This document shows positions 47,597 through 56,452 of a stretch of DNA of 64,000 nucleotides, one piece after another. Source of the stretch: Mycobacteriales bacterium (lineage in GTDB: Bacteria > Actinomycetota > Actinomycetes > JAFAQI01); NCBI GenBank assembly GCA_035545635.1, contig DASZXY010000024.1, positions 130,685 through 194,684 on the forward strand, read 5' to 3'. The position numbers were made by a program, and so were the translations under genes. Position 1 is the first letter of the stretch. Each line of letters starts with the position of its first letter. The notes beneath the pieces are model-generated. The model ran no database searches. It had not been told where the DNA came from and saw nothing but the letters and a program-made list of their open reading frames with translations.

Positions 47597-50065
47597 TCAG
47601 GCGCGGCAGCGCGCGCCGAGCTTGAGGCCCTGCCCGGGCTGCGGCGCGGTCGCGACGTCCTGGGTGAAGCCGAGCGGATTCGTCGCCGGGGTCGCGCCGG
47701 AGAGGTTGTAGACCGAGATCGCGTACGGGTACTTCAGGATCGTGCCGCGCTTCGGGTTACCGACGTCCTTCAGCGGAACCCGCATCGTGACGGTTCCGGA
47801 GCGGAACGAGCCGGTGATGGTGTGCTTCGGCTGGTAGCTCGTCTTCGAGATGCCGTCGACGAACGACAGTCCGCCCTGCACGGTGACGTCAGCCTCGGCG
47901 AAGTACGTGGTCTTTCCGGCCGTCCACAGCATGAGGAACGACTTGCCACCCGCTGCGCCGAGCGGGGGAGTGGTGGACAGGTTCTGTCCGGAGATGGTGG
48001 CGATCAGTGTCTTGCCGGACACATGCAGCGCCGCGTTGGTGATGTCGTTGTTGGCGTCCTTCACGCCGGGGTACAGCGGGTTGGTCGCATTGCCCGACGG
48101 GCTCGTGAATGCGACGCAGCCGTTCAGCTTCAGGTGGAGCTTGCGCTGCGGCTTCGGGAACGACGGCGTGAGGCGGTGGTCGACGTCCTGCATCAGGTTC
48201 TTCACGTTCATGGCGCCCCAACCGGTCACGTAGTCCCAGCCCCCGCCGGCGCGGTAGTAGACGTTGCCACCCGCGGTCTCACTCTTCGTGATGTCGGTGA
48301 AGTCGCGGTGGTAGGTCTTGCTCTTGCCGAGCCGGTAGAAGGTCTCGTTCGCGAAGCCGAGGCCCTTGCGGGTCGGCGCGGCCGCCTGGATCCGGGACCA
48401 CATGCCGACCGCGAGCGGTGACGACAGGCTGGTCCCGCCGTTGCTGCTGTCAGTCATGTCGGCCTCGATCTCGTAGAAGTTCGAGGCGAGGAACGAGCTC
48501 GGGTCGTAGGACATCACGGTGCCCGACATGTCTGCGATGTCACCGACACCGCGGCAGAGCGTGCCCGGGTTGTACGGCGTTCCGCTGGGATCGACGACGC
48601 ACGGGATGTTGATCGCGGGGATGCCCTTCTGGTAGTCGGGCTGCTGGATCCAGAAGCTCGACCCGCCGCCGGAGTAGGTCCACCCGACCTCGCTCTGCCG
48701 GTGCGTGGCGATCATCCGAGGCGCTTGGGTGGTCGTCGTCACGGTGGTGCCGTCGACACCCGTGACGTGCGGGCTCGCCGCCGGGTAGTTCTGCTCCGGG
48801 ATGGGCTGCGGCGTCAGGCCGTTGCCCGCACCGAGGACGGGCACGACGATCGCGGGGCAGGATCCGCCGGTGTCACCGGTGGAGGCGAACAGGGTGCGGC
48901 CTTCGAGGTTCGCCTGCCGCAACATCGGCTCGGCCACCGGCTCGAGCTCGTCGCCGGCCTCGCTGCCGTAGAAGAACGGCGGCTGCGCGAGCGGCCCCAG
49001 AACCGGGTTGGCCGGTGAGGTTTCGCACTCGCCGAAGCTCGCGTTCATCTGCTGCGGGCCCTTGGGGTCGTTGACCCAGGTGGAGATCCCCGCGCCGATC
49101 GACGCGTCGAACAGCTCCTTGACGTCGTAGAGGTCGAGCTCGCGAAGCTTGGGGGCCATACCGGTGATCGCGGCGGCGTCGAGGAACCATTCGGTGCCGC
49201 CCAGGTTGTCGCCGTACTCCCCGGGTGTGCCTTTGCCGTCGGCCTGGACGGTCCGGACGGGGATCTGCGGGAACTTGTTGTGCTGCTCGAACAGCCGCAG
49301 GTTCGCGACGACGCTGTTCGTGTAGCCCTCCATGAAGATGCCGGCGGTCTGCCCCTCGCCCTGGTTGGTCTTCGGCAGGTTGTAGACGCCCCAGAGGTTG
49401 CGCGCGTAGAGCTCGCCCGTGTACGGCCCCTTCTTGACCTTCGCGTGCGGAGCTGCAGGCGTGATGCCGTTGGCGGCGTCGACCCGCGCGACCTGGTTGC
49501 TGGTCCACATCCGGCGCAAGGTGTTCAGGCCGAGCACCGCCGTGACCGGAAGGTTCGCGGGGACCTCAGGGGCCACCTCGTTGGCGATGAAGTGCAGCGT
49601 GCCAACGCGGAACGCGCCGAACCGCGTGTGCATCAGCGTGCCGACCTGCGCGACCGTGCCGGTCGCGGTGACGTAGTCGCGGGCGCCCGAGACGGTCTCG
49701 ATCTTCAAGCCGCCCGAGCGCAGCCATGACGCCGCTGCCCGCTCGGTCGCGACGGGCACGGCGAAGTGTGCCCGGTACTGCTGCGGCGTCAGGAAGTGCC
49801 GGTAGAGCGGGCTGCTCGGCTTGTACAGCTGCTTGTAGAGCTTCTCCTCGAGCGCCGCGTTCGGGTGGGCGAGCCCGAGACCGACGGTCAGCACGGTGCC
49901 GGCCGGCGCGGCGCCGACGCGGGTGGCGTTGGCCAGGCCCGGCAGGACCGCCTTGGTCCGGACGAGCCGGATGCCCGAGGTCGTGGCTGCCGCGGACGCC
50001 ACGGACACCGAGGTGCCGAGGACAGACAGACAGGCGAGACCGACAGCAGCGCGCCGGACGTTCAT
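47597..50065 (-). CDS. Secreted S53 (sedolisin/kumamolisin-type) serine-carboxyl peptidase with C-terminal extension
   Basis: Signal peptide, pro-kumamolisin-like activation region (LTPQQYRAHFAVP...), catalytic E/D GGTEWFLD, oxyanion Asp ASTGDTGGS, nucleophile GGTSLSSPL. An extra ~250-aa beta-rich C-terminal region follows. Confidence 0.8.
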   Translation of the reverse strand: MNVRRAAVGLACLSVLGTSVSVASAAATTSGIRLVRTKAVLPGLANATRVGAAPAGTVLTVGLGLAHPNAALEEKLYKQLYKPSSPLYRHFLTPQQYRAHFAVPVATERAAASWLRSGGLKIETVSGARDYVTATGTVAQVGTLMHTRFGAFRVGTLHFIANEVAPEVPANLPVTAVLGLNTLRRMWTSNQVARVDAANGITPAAPHAKVKKGPYTGELYARNLWGVYNLPKTNQGEGQTAGIFMEGYTNSVVANLRLFEQHNKFPQIPVRTVQADGKGTPGEYGDNLGGTEWFLDAAAITGMAPKLRELDLYDVKELFDASIGAGISTWVNDPKGPQQMNASFGECETSPANPVLGPLAQPPFFYGSEAGDELEPVAEPMLRQANLEGRTLFASTGDTGGSCPAIVVPVLGAGNGLTPQPIPEQNYPAASPHVTGVDGTTVTTTTQAPRMIATHRQSEVGWTYSGGGSSFWIQQPDYQKGIPAINIPCVVDPSGTPYNPGTLCRGVGDIADMSGTVMSYDPSSFLASNFYEIEADMTDSSNGGTSLSSPLAVGMWSRIQAAAPTRKGLGFANETFYRLGKSKTYHRDFTDITKSETAGGNVYYRAGGGWDYVTGWGAMNVKNLMQDVDHRLTPSFPKPQRKLHLKLNGCVAFTSPSGNATNPLYPGVKDANNDITNAALHVSGKTLIATISGQNLSTTPPLGAAGGKSFLMLWTAGKTTYFAEADVTVQGGLSFVDGISKTSYQPKHTITGSFRSGTVTMRVPLKDVGNPKRGTILKYPYAISVYNLSGATPATNPLGFTQDVATAPQPGQGLKLGARCRA

Positions 50066-50134
50066 TGTGGGCGTCCTTCGAAAGATGAGCGGGTTACCGG
50101 TGAGTTTCGTCCCAGAATGCCCGAGTCCTGCCCG

Positions 50135-50152
50135 CGAGCGGCGCTCCGCTCG
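50135..50152 (-). terminator. GC-rich hairpin downstream of the SDR gene, upstream of the S53 array
   Basis: Perfect 7-bp stem (CGAGCGG / CCGCTCG) with a 4-nt loop, 7 nt past the SDR stop. No U-tract. Confidence 0.35.
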
Positions 50153-50158
50153 GCTCGG

Positions 50159-50989
50159 CTACTGCGTTGCCTTCCAGTTCTTGAGCATTCGACGCGCCTC
50201 GGGCCGGACACCGAGGTCGAACAGTGGCGGGACGAGGTTCTTGAAGATCAAAGAAGGCCGCAACCACCGGGGAATGAAGATCTCCGGAGTGCCTCGATCG
50301 ATCGCACGGATGGTGAGCTTCGCGACGTGTGCCGCTGACACCGGCTTCGGGAAGTCCCTGTCGTAGGGGTGGCCACGCGCCTCGCCGAAAGCGGTGAGCA
50401 CCGGACCAGGGTTGATCAGGCAGATCTTGACGCCCGAGTCGGCGACCTCGGCTCGGACGGTTTCGGACAGGCCGACCACGGCGAACTTGCTGGCGCAGTA
50501 GGCGGCCTCGCCGGGCGCCCCGATGCGGCCGGCGATCGAGGTCATGTTGACGATGGTTCCGCTGCCGCGCCTCTGCATGTCGGGGAGCACCTCGGCCATG
50601 CCGTGCGCGACAGCGGCGACGTTGATCGGCCAGAGCTCGTCGAGCTGATCGGCGCCGCCGTCGGTGAATGGGCCGTATGCGCCGATGCCTGCGTTGTTCA
50701 CGAGTACGTCGATCGGCCCGAGCTCGTCGCGGACGCGTCGTAGCGCCTTGATCAGGTCGGCTTTCCTGGTCACGTCCACCGGGATGACCAGCGAGTCGGT
50801 CGGCAGCTCTGCGGCGAGTTCCTTGAGCTCTGGTTCGTTGCGGGCGAGCAACCCGAGTCGTGCGCCCTTCGCGGCGGCTTGCCGCGCGACCTCCGCGCCG
50901 ATTCCCCGTGAAGCACCAGTGACCACTACGACCGCGCCCGCCCAGTTCACGGACCAGAGCCTGACAGATCTGGGTACCGTCCGTCTCAT
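50159..50989 (-). CDS. SDR-family oxidoreductase
   Basis: VVVVTGASRGIG and YCASKFAV motifs. ATG 50989 overlaps the divergent cupin ATG, so GTG 50950 (VNWAGAVVVVTG) is an alternative start. Confidence 0.8.
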   Translation of the reverse strand: MRRTVPRSVRLWSVNWAGAVVVVTGASRGIGAEVARQAAAKGARLGLLARNEPELKELAAELPTDSLVIPVDVTRKADLIKALRRVRDELGPIDVLVNNAGIGAYGPFTDGGADQLDELWPINVAAVAHGMAEVLPDMQRRGSGTIVNMTSIAGRIGAPGEAAYCASKFAVVGLSETVRAEVADSGVKICLINPGPVLTAFGEARGHPYDRDFPKPVSAAHVAKLTIRAIDRGTPEIFIPRWLRPSLIFKNLVPPLFDLGVRPEARRMLKNWKATQ

Positions 50990-51416
50990 GGCGGGAAGCG
51001 AGAAGCCGACACGGCGTCAGCCCGTCGTGCTCGGGCCCGGCGAAGGCCGGTCATATCCGATGGGGCCGCTGTCGGCCGTGTTCAAGGCTGATGGGTGCGA
51101 GACCGGAGCGCAGTACTCCATCTCCGAGTGGTGGCTCGAGCCCCACACCAAGGGCCCGGGTACCCACCAGCACTCCGAGGACGATGTCTTCTACGTCCTC
51201 GAGGGAACGATGCATGTCCGAGTCGCGGACGAGTGGTTCGAGGCGGAGCGCGGATCGTTCGTGCTCGTGCCGGGCAACACGCCGCATGACTTCGAGAACC
51301 GATCCGATCAGCGTGCCGGGATGCTCAACGTGTCGGCGCCCGGTGACTTCGAGCAACAGATGCCGGGCATCGCGCAGTGGTTCCGGAATCGGTCCGAGGC
51401 TGATAGCCGGATCTGA
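50988..51416 (+). CDS. Cupin domain protein
   Basis: GTHQHSEDDVFYVLEGTMHV ... VPGNTPHDFEN cupin motifs. Start at internal ATG 50988. Confidence 0.7.
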   Translation: MAGSEKPTRRQPVVLGPGEGRSYPMGPLSAVFKADGCETGAQYSISEWWLEPHTKGPGTHQHSEDDVFYVLEGTMHVRVADEWFEAERGSFVLVPGNTPHDFENRSDQRAGMLNVSAPGDFEQQMPGIAQWFRNRSEADSRI

Positions 51417-52331
51417 ATGGGCGGTCCGCTGCACGCCGGCGAGATTCCGGTCGATGAGTCTCTCGTCCGCCGGTTGACGGCCGCGAGCCGTCCCGAATGG
51501 GCCGCACTCGACGTCGAGCCGTCGGCTTCCTCCGGATCTACCAACGCGCTGTTCCGCCTAGGCGCCGATCTCTTGGTGCGGCTGCCGCGCTTGGTGGGTG
51601 GCTCGGCCGCGATCGACAAAGAGGCGCTCTGGTTGCCACGGCTTGCGCCCCACCTGCCAGTCGCGGTACCCGAAGTGGTAATGGTGGGGGAGCCGGCGTT
51701 TGGCTACCCCGAACGCTGGTCGGTGGTCCGTTGGATCGACGGCGAGGTTGCGGCGGGTGGTGGCGGCGATGACTTGGCGCGCGACCTCGCTGATCTGGTG
51801 ACGGCGTTGCAGATGGCGGAAGTGCCCGCCGACGCCTCCGCCGACCTGTCTCTGCAGTGGTACCGCGGTGAGCCGCTGGCGCTGTTCGATCCGGTCGTGC
51901 GGGCGGCGTTCGAGGCATGCCGGGCGATTCCCGACCTCGATGTGGACCTCGATCGCGCGCTGGCGGTCTGGCGCGACGCGATGACCTTGCCCGGCGCCGA
52001 CAACCGGCCTGCGCCGCGGTGGTACCACGGCGACTTGCTGGCCGAGAACATCTTGCTGAAGGACGGCCGCCTCGAGGCGGCGCTGGACTTCGGCGGGCTC
52101 GGAGTCGGCGACCCGACAGTCGACCTGATCGTCGCGTGGGAGCTGCTCGACCCCGCAGCGCGCACGACGTTTCGCGATGCGGTTGGTGTTGACGAGGCAA
52201 CGTGGCTTCGCGGCCGGGCCTGGGCGTTGGGCCTGGCGGTCAACACCTTCCCGTACTACTGGCACTCGATGCCTGCCAGGTGCGCGACCCGGCGCTCGAT
52301 CGTGCGGGCTGTCCTTGCGGACTTTGATTGA
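51417..52331 (+). CDS. Aminoglycoside/antibiotic phosphotransferase-family kinase (APH fold)
   Basis: WYHGDLLAENILL and LDFGGLGVGDPTVDL motifs. The ATG directly follows the cupin stop. Confidence 0.75.
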   Translation: MGGPLHAGEIPVDESLVRRLTAASRPEWAALDVEPSASSGSTNALFRLGADLLVRLPRLVGGSAAIDKEALWLPRLAPHLPVAVPEVVMVGEPAFGYPERWSVVRWIDGEVAAGGGGDDLARDLADLVTALQMAEVPADASADLSLQWYRGEPLALFDPVVRAAFEACRAIPDLDVDLDRALAVWRDAMTLPGADNRPAPRWYHGDLLAENILLKDGRLEAALDFGGLGVGDPTVDLIVAWELLDPAARTTFRDAVGVDEATWLRGRAWALGLAVNTFPYYWHSMPARCATRRSIVRAVLADFD

Positions 52332-52362
52332 CGCCTGCCTCGGTTGGGCAGAGGGTGCGGAC

Positions 52363-52689
52363 ATGCAGAAGATGTCGCTTGAGGCGATCGCCCGGGAGCA
52401 GCTCGAAGAGGCGCGCCGCAACGGAGGACGTGCGGCGAACACCGTTTTCGGTGGTCACGAGCAGGTGTTGCGTCAGACCGTGATCGCGCTCGTTGCTGAC
52501 ACCGAGATGAAGGAGCACGAGAGCCCAGGTGCGGCGACTCTGCACGTCTTGTCGGGCCGGGTCCGGGTCACCGCCGGTGACGACAGCTGGGATGGCCGAA
52601 CCGGTGACCTCATCGTCCTCCCTGCGGCACGCCATGGCTTGACCGCGCTCGAAGACTCGGTCGTGCTGCTGACCGTCGCGAAGGTCTAG
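52363..52689 (+). CDS. Small cupin domain protein
   Basis: 108 aa from internal ATG 52363. ATLHVLSGRVRVTAGDDSWDGRTGDLIVLPAARHGL beta-barrel motif. Confidence 0.6.
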   Translation: MQKMSLEAIAREQLEEARRNGGRAANTVFGGHEQVLRQTVIALVADTEMKEHESPGAATLHVLSGRVRVTAGDDSWDGRTGDLIVLPAARHGLTALEDSVVLLTVAKV

Positions 52690-53948
52690 TTCCTGGCGTA
52701 GGTGACGACGCAAGCACTGGCGGCTCGCGCGACGCCGCCGATCTGCGCGGGTTCGGGTTGTGGCCGCTCGTTCCAGTGCGGGGTGAGGGTCAAGTTGCGC
52801 AGGATCGTCGCGGTCGCCGCAGTCATCGCGGCAAGGGAGAAGGGCTGTGCCGGACACGAGTGCTTGCCGTGGCCAAAAGCAGTGACCAGTTCGTCTGTGG
52901 CGAGGGCGGAGGTGTCAGCGAGCCGCCATCGTCGCCACCGCTCGGGCTCCCATTCAGTCAAACCGGGTGCGGCGGTGGTGTTCAGGAGCGGAAGTAGCGT
53001 GGCGATCGTCACGCCCGCTGCGACCGCAATGGTTCCTGCGCTCGTCTCGAGCTGCGTCGGCGCCACTGCATAGCGGGCCATCAGCGATCGCTGAGCGAGC
53101 CGGGTCGACTCCAACGCAGCGCTGTCGGCGAGGGCCTGATCACCGGCAAGGATCCGTTCGACGTAATCGGGGTGTGCCAGCAGGTCGATGAGTGCCCAAC
53201 CCAAGGCGGCGAACAGGTTGGACATCGACGCGATGTGGATGAGTGCGACATCCCGCGCGACGCCGACGCGTGCGACGTCGTTCGGCTCGTCGCGCCACGC
53301 CGCGACGACGCGGGCGAACAGCGGATGACCAGCCTGGTCGTCGAAACCATCGACCGTCGCGCCAATGATCTCGGTGATCGAGGTGAGAGCAGCTCGTTCC
53401 GTGCGCTTGTCCGATGCCGACAGGGCCGCCGTCACGTCAGGGCGGACGAACGCCTCGGATCCGTCAAGGGCGTCAAACGCAGTGACGAGCGCGTCGAAGT
53501 CGCGGTCCGCCGCGGCGGCGGGTCCGCCCCAAGAGCGCAAGCCGAGCCGGTGACCGAGCCGCCGCGCCAGGACGAAGACATCCAGCTCGCCGGAGTCGCC
53601 GAGCTGGCCGAGCTCCTCGGCGAGAGCGAGTTGAAGGTTGTGGAGATAGTTCGTGACGTCGTCGCGGGCGAACAGGGCGTGCGGGAGGACGCGTCGGTCA
53701 TCGAAGATCTCGTCGGGCATCTTGCGCCGCAACATTCGCCAGTCGGCGACTCCCTTGCTCGCCGCCACCTCGGGCAGCCGGTAGAACGACCGGACACCAA
53801 CCGGGTCGAAGGTGAAGAGGTACGGGTCGCCCGCACTGTCAACGACGAAGGTGTCGCCGTACGCCGTCCTGGCGGCACCGATCGCCGCGATCGGATCCTC
53901 GACGAGCGCGTCCCATGGCATAGAGAGGCCGACCGCAACCGGCGGCAT
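52686..53948 (-). CDS. Cytochrome P450 (atypical I-helix)
   Basis: Heme loop FGHGKHSCPA, ExxR ESTRLAQRS. Start at internal ATG 53948 (420 aa), because the upstream ORF extension is Arg-rich junk. Confidence 0.8.
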   Translation of the reverse strand: MPPVAVGLSMPWDALVEDPIAAIGAARTAYGDTFVVDSAGDPYLFTFDPVGVRSFYRLPEVAASKGVADWRMLRRKMPDEIFDDRRVLPHALFARDDVTNYLHNLQLALAEELGQLGDSGELDVFVLARRLGHRLGLRSWGGPAAAADRDFDALVTAFDALDGSEAFVRPDVTAALSASDKRTERAALTSITEIIGATVDGFDDQAGHPLFARVVAAWRDEPNDVARVGVARDVALIHIASMSNLFAALGWALIDLLAHPDYVERILAGDQALADSAALESTRLAQRSLMARYAVAPTQLETSAGTIAVAAGVTIATLLPLLNTTAAPGLTEWEPERWRRWRLADTSALATDELVTAFGHGKHSCPAQPFSLAAMTAATATILRNLTLTPHWNERPQPEPAQIGGVARAASACVVTYARN

Positions 53949-53965
53949 CGGGTCGATCGACGCGG

Positions 53966-54625
53966 TCACGTGTTTGCGAGGAGATAGTCGGCAACGTCCT
54001 GTGGCCGTGCCAGGGCGATCAGGTGGCCGCCGGGCCGGACGTCGGCGACGATGTCGAGGCGCTCGTCTGCGACCCGCTTCTGGAAGGCGACCGGAAAGAA
54101 CCTGTCGTCGGCGCCGGCGAGGACGCGCACTCGCTGCGGCCAGGCAGTGAACTCGCAACGCGTGCCGAAGACCGCATCGCTTTCTTCGCGCGCGCTGTCC
54201 GCGGTGAGCCCGGTCAGGTCGACGTCGTGCAAGAAGTAGGTGTCGACATCGAACTCGCCGTACCCACCGGAGCGTGCCGCCTCCTCGCGTGCTGGTCCCG
54301 AGCCCGTCGCCTCCCACCATTCGCCGGGGGTCTCGCCCGGCACCGGCACCATCGCGTTGACCAGTACGAGCTCATCGACGGGCACGCGTTCTGCGGCCAT
54401 CGGTGCGGTGAAGCCGCCGAGTGACTGGGCGACGAGCACGACGCTCGGAAACGGGGCCGCAGCGGCGGCGACGAGGTCGGCGTAGTCCGGCAGTCCCGCT
54501 GTCGGATCAGGTCCCGGGAGGTCGACCGCGACGGCCTCGTGCCCTGCCTGCTCGAGCAGCGGGACGACGCGACTCCAGTACGACGCGTCACCGCCCGCGC
54601 CCGGGATCAACACATACGACGTCAC
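53966..54625 (-). CDS. Alpha/beta hydrolase
   Basis: MTSYVLIPGAGGDASYW and the nucleophile elbow AQSLGG. Confidence 0.7.
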   Translation of the reverse strand: MTSYVLIPGAGGDASYWSRVVPLLEQAGHEAVAVDLPGPDPTAGLPDYADLVAAAAAPFPSVVLVAQSLGGFTAPMAAERVPVDELVLVNAMVPVPGETPGEWWEATGSGPAREEAARSGGYGEFDVDTYFLHDVDLTGLTADSAREESDAVFGTRCEFTAWPQRVRVLAGADDRFFPVAFQKRVADERLDIVADVRPGGHLIALARPQDVADYLLANT

Positions 54626-54670
54626 CGTGTCTGGCCTCCCTCACCCAGGTCATTGTCCGTCTAGCGTCGA

Positions 54671-55636
54671 GTGGTGCTGCGACTCGCCTGGTCGTTGTTC
54701 TTCCTCGCGCCCGGCGTCGGAGAGTGGTTGCTCGGCAACCAGCCGGCGTCCGATTTCGCGGCGATCCTCGTGCTCGCACCGATGTATGGCGGCGGCGCGT
54801 TGTTGATCCGAGAGGTCGCACGGCGCTCCGGCCGCGGATGGCCGACGATCGCGGTTCTTGCGACGGCTTATGCCGTCATCGAGGAAGGCCCGATCGATCA
54901 GATGATCTATAACCCCGGGTATCTGGGCCTCTCCTCGTTCGACGGTCTGCTCGAGGTCCCCGGCACCGGCGTGAGCCTGTCCCTTCTCCTTGCATCGATC
55001 GCGCTGCACACGGTGTGGAGCATCTGCACTCCCATTGCGCTGGTCGAGGCATTCGACCGCTCGAACCGGCCGTGGCTGCGGACCCGGGGGCTGGTGATCG
55101 TTGCAGTCGTCTTCGTCGCCGGTTCGGTTCTGCTTACGTGGGCACAGGCCGACGAGAACCACTTCTTCGCCTCGCCGGGCCAACTCGCCGTGACGTGGGC
55201 GGTCATTCTCGGGCTGGTCGTCGTCGCGTTTCGACTGCCACGCCCGGCAGCCGGGTCAGGGCGGGCGCCGAGTCCGTTGATCACCGGGATCGTGGCCTTC
55301 GCGGTGACCAGCCTCTACTGGGTGGAGTCATTGCTCACGGCGTATGTGATCGCAGTCTCACCCTGGTTCGACGTTCTGACGTTCGCAACGCTCACACTCT
55401 TCGGCGTCTGGCTCGTCGCGAACTGGAGCCGGCGCGAGGACTGGGGGCAAGTCCATGTGGTCGCGCTCGGTTCGGGAGCCGCCCTCACCTACGCATGGGT
55501 CGGATTCTTCAACTCAGCGCACCTCGACGTGACAACTGCCGAAGCGATGATCGGCAGCTCGGCGTTCGCAGCAGCGGCCATCGCACTTGTCGGATGGGCC
55601 GTTCGCAGGGTTCGGCTGGTGCCGACTGGGTTGTGA
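54671..55636 (+). CDS. Polytopic membrane protein, unknown function
   Basis: About 8 hydrophobic segments and coding-like G/C third-position bias. I recognise no family. Confidence 0.5.
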   Translation: MVLRLAWSLFFLAPGVGEWLLGNQPASDFAAILVLAPMYGGGALLIREVARRSGRGWPTIAVLATAYAVIEEGPIDQMIYNPGYLGLSSFDGLLEVPGTGVSLSLLLASIALHTVWSICTPIALVEAFDRSNRPWLRTRGLVIVAVVFVAGSVLLTWAQADENHFFASPGQLAVTWAVILGLVVVAFRLPRPAAGSGRAPSPLITGIVAFAVTSLYWVESLLTAYVIAVSPWFDVLTFATLTLFGVWLVANWSRREDWGQVHVVALGSGAALTYAWVGFFNSAHLDVTTAEAMIGSSAFAAAAIALVGWAVRRVRLVPTGL

Positions 55637-55645
55637 CGGCCGTGG

Positions 55646-56419
55646 TCAGGGCTTGTCGAGTCGATCCAGGAACCGCCGGATTCGGAGCGCGTCGCCGGAC
55701 ACGTAGAGGCCCGTCTGCTGCGCTTCCGCCAGGTCGATCCGACGGTAGAGAAGGAGCACCAGAGCAGCCGGCGACCCCGAGATCTGGTCGCTGTCGGAGA
55801 TCGCGCTCGGCTCGATCCGGGCGACGCCATCCGTGACGAGGATCGAGAACGGCATGCCGCCGCCCGGCGCAATCACCAACGAGTAGTCGTCCGCACCAGC
55901 GACGTGCAGGTACCTGGGCAGCACCTGCGCCAGGACACGAAGCATGAGCAGGCAGCTGGTGTCGTCGAGCGGCCATTGCTCGCCTGCCGCGATGGCGACG
56001 TCGCGACCATGGACCAGCAGCTCCGCGATCCAGTTGCTTCGAAGGGTGCCCGCGTCGAGCGGGAAGCCCTCCCGGTAGGGGAACATCTCGTCGAGGGCCT
56101 GCTCGGGCCAGAAGACGTTGTACTTGGCGACGCGCGAGCGCAGCCGCCCTACCAGCTCGCCCATCGTCGCCGTACCGAAGTCCGCGATCTCGCGGTCGTT
56201 CATCTCCTCGAGCTCGCGTCGGGTTCTCGCCAGCTTCCGGTCGGCGTTGAGATACCGGCCGGCCATGGTGACCAAGTGCGCCGCCACGTCGTGCGCGCTC
56301 CATCGGCTGTTCGGCACGGCAAGGTCCGGGTCCACCCGCTGGAACAGATCGACGTTGCGCCGAACCGCAGCCGCCTCGCAGCTGACGAGCAGCTCGTGGT
56401 CGATCGAGCAGACGAGCAT
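55646..56419 (-). CDS. DinB/maleylpyruvate-isomerase-N-like (mycothiol-dependent enzyme family) protein
   Basis: N-terminal W-S-x-x-D-V-x-A-H-L pattern (RWSAHDVAAHLV) typical of the actinobacterial TIGR03083-type family. Assignment is tentative. Confidence 0.5.
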   Translation of the reverse strand: MLVCSIDHELLVSCEAAAVRRNVDLFQRVDPDLAVPNSRWSAHDVAAHLVTMAGRYLNADRKLARTRRELEEMNDREIADFGTATMGELVGRLRSRVAKYNVFWPEQALDEMFPYREGFPLDAGTLRSNWIAELLVHGRDVAIAAGEQWPLDDTSCLLMLRVLAQVLPRYLHVAGADDYSLVIAPGGGMPFSILVTDGVARIEPSAISDSDQISGSPAALVLLLYRRIDLAEAQQTGLYVSGDALRIRRFLDRLDKP

Positions 56420-56452
56420 CCGTGAACCCTAGCCAGCGATAACGTCTCGCGC

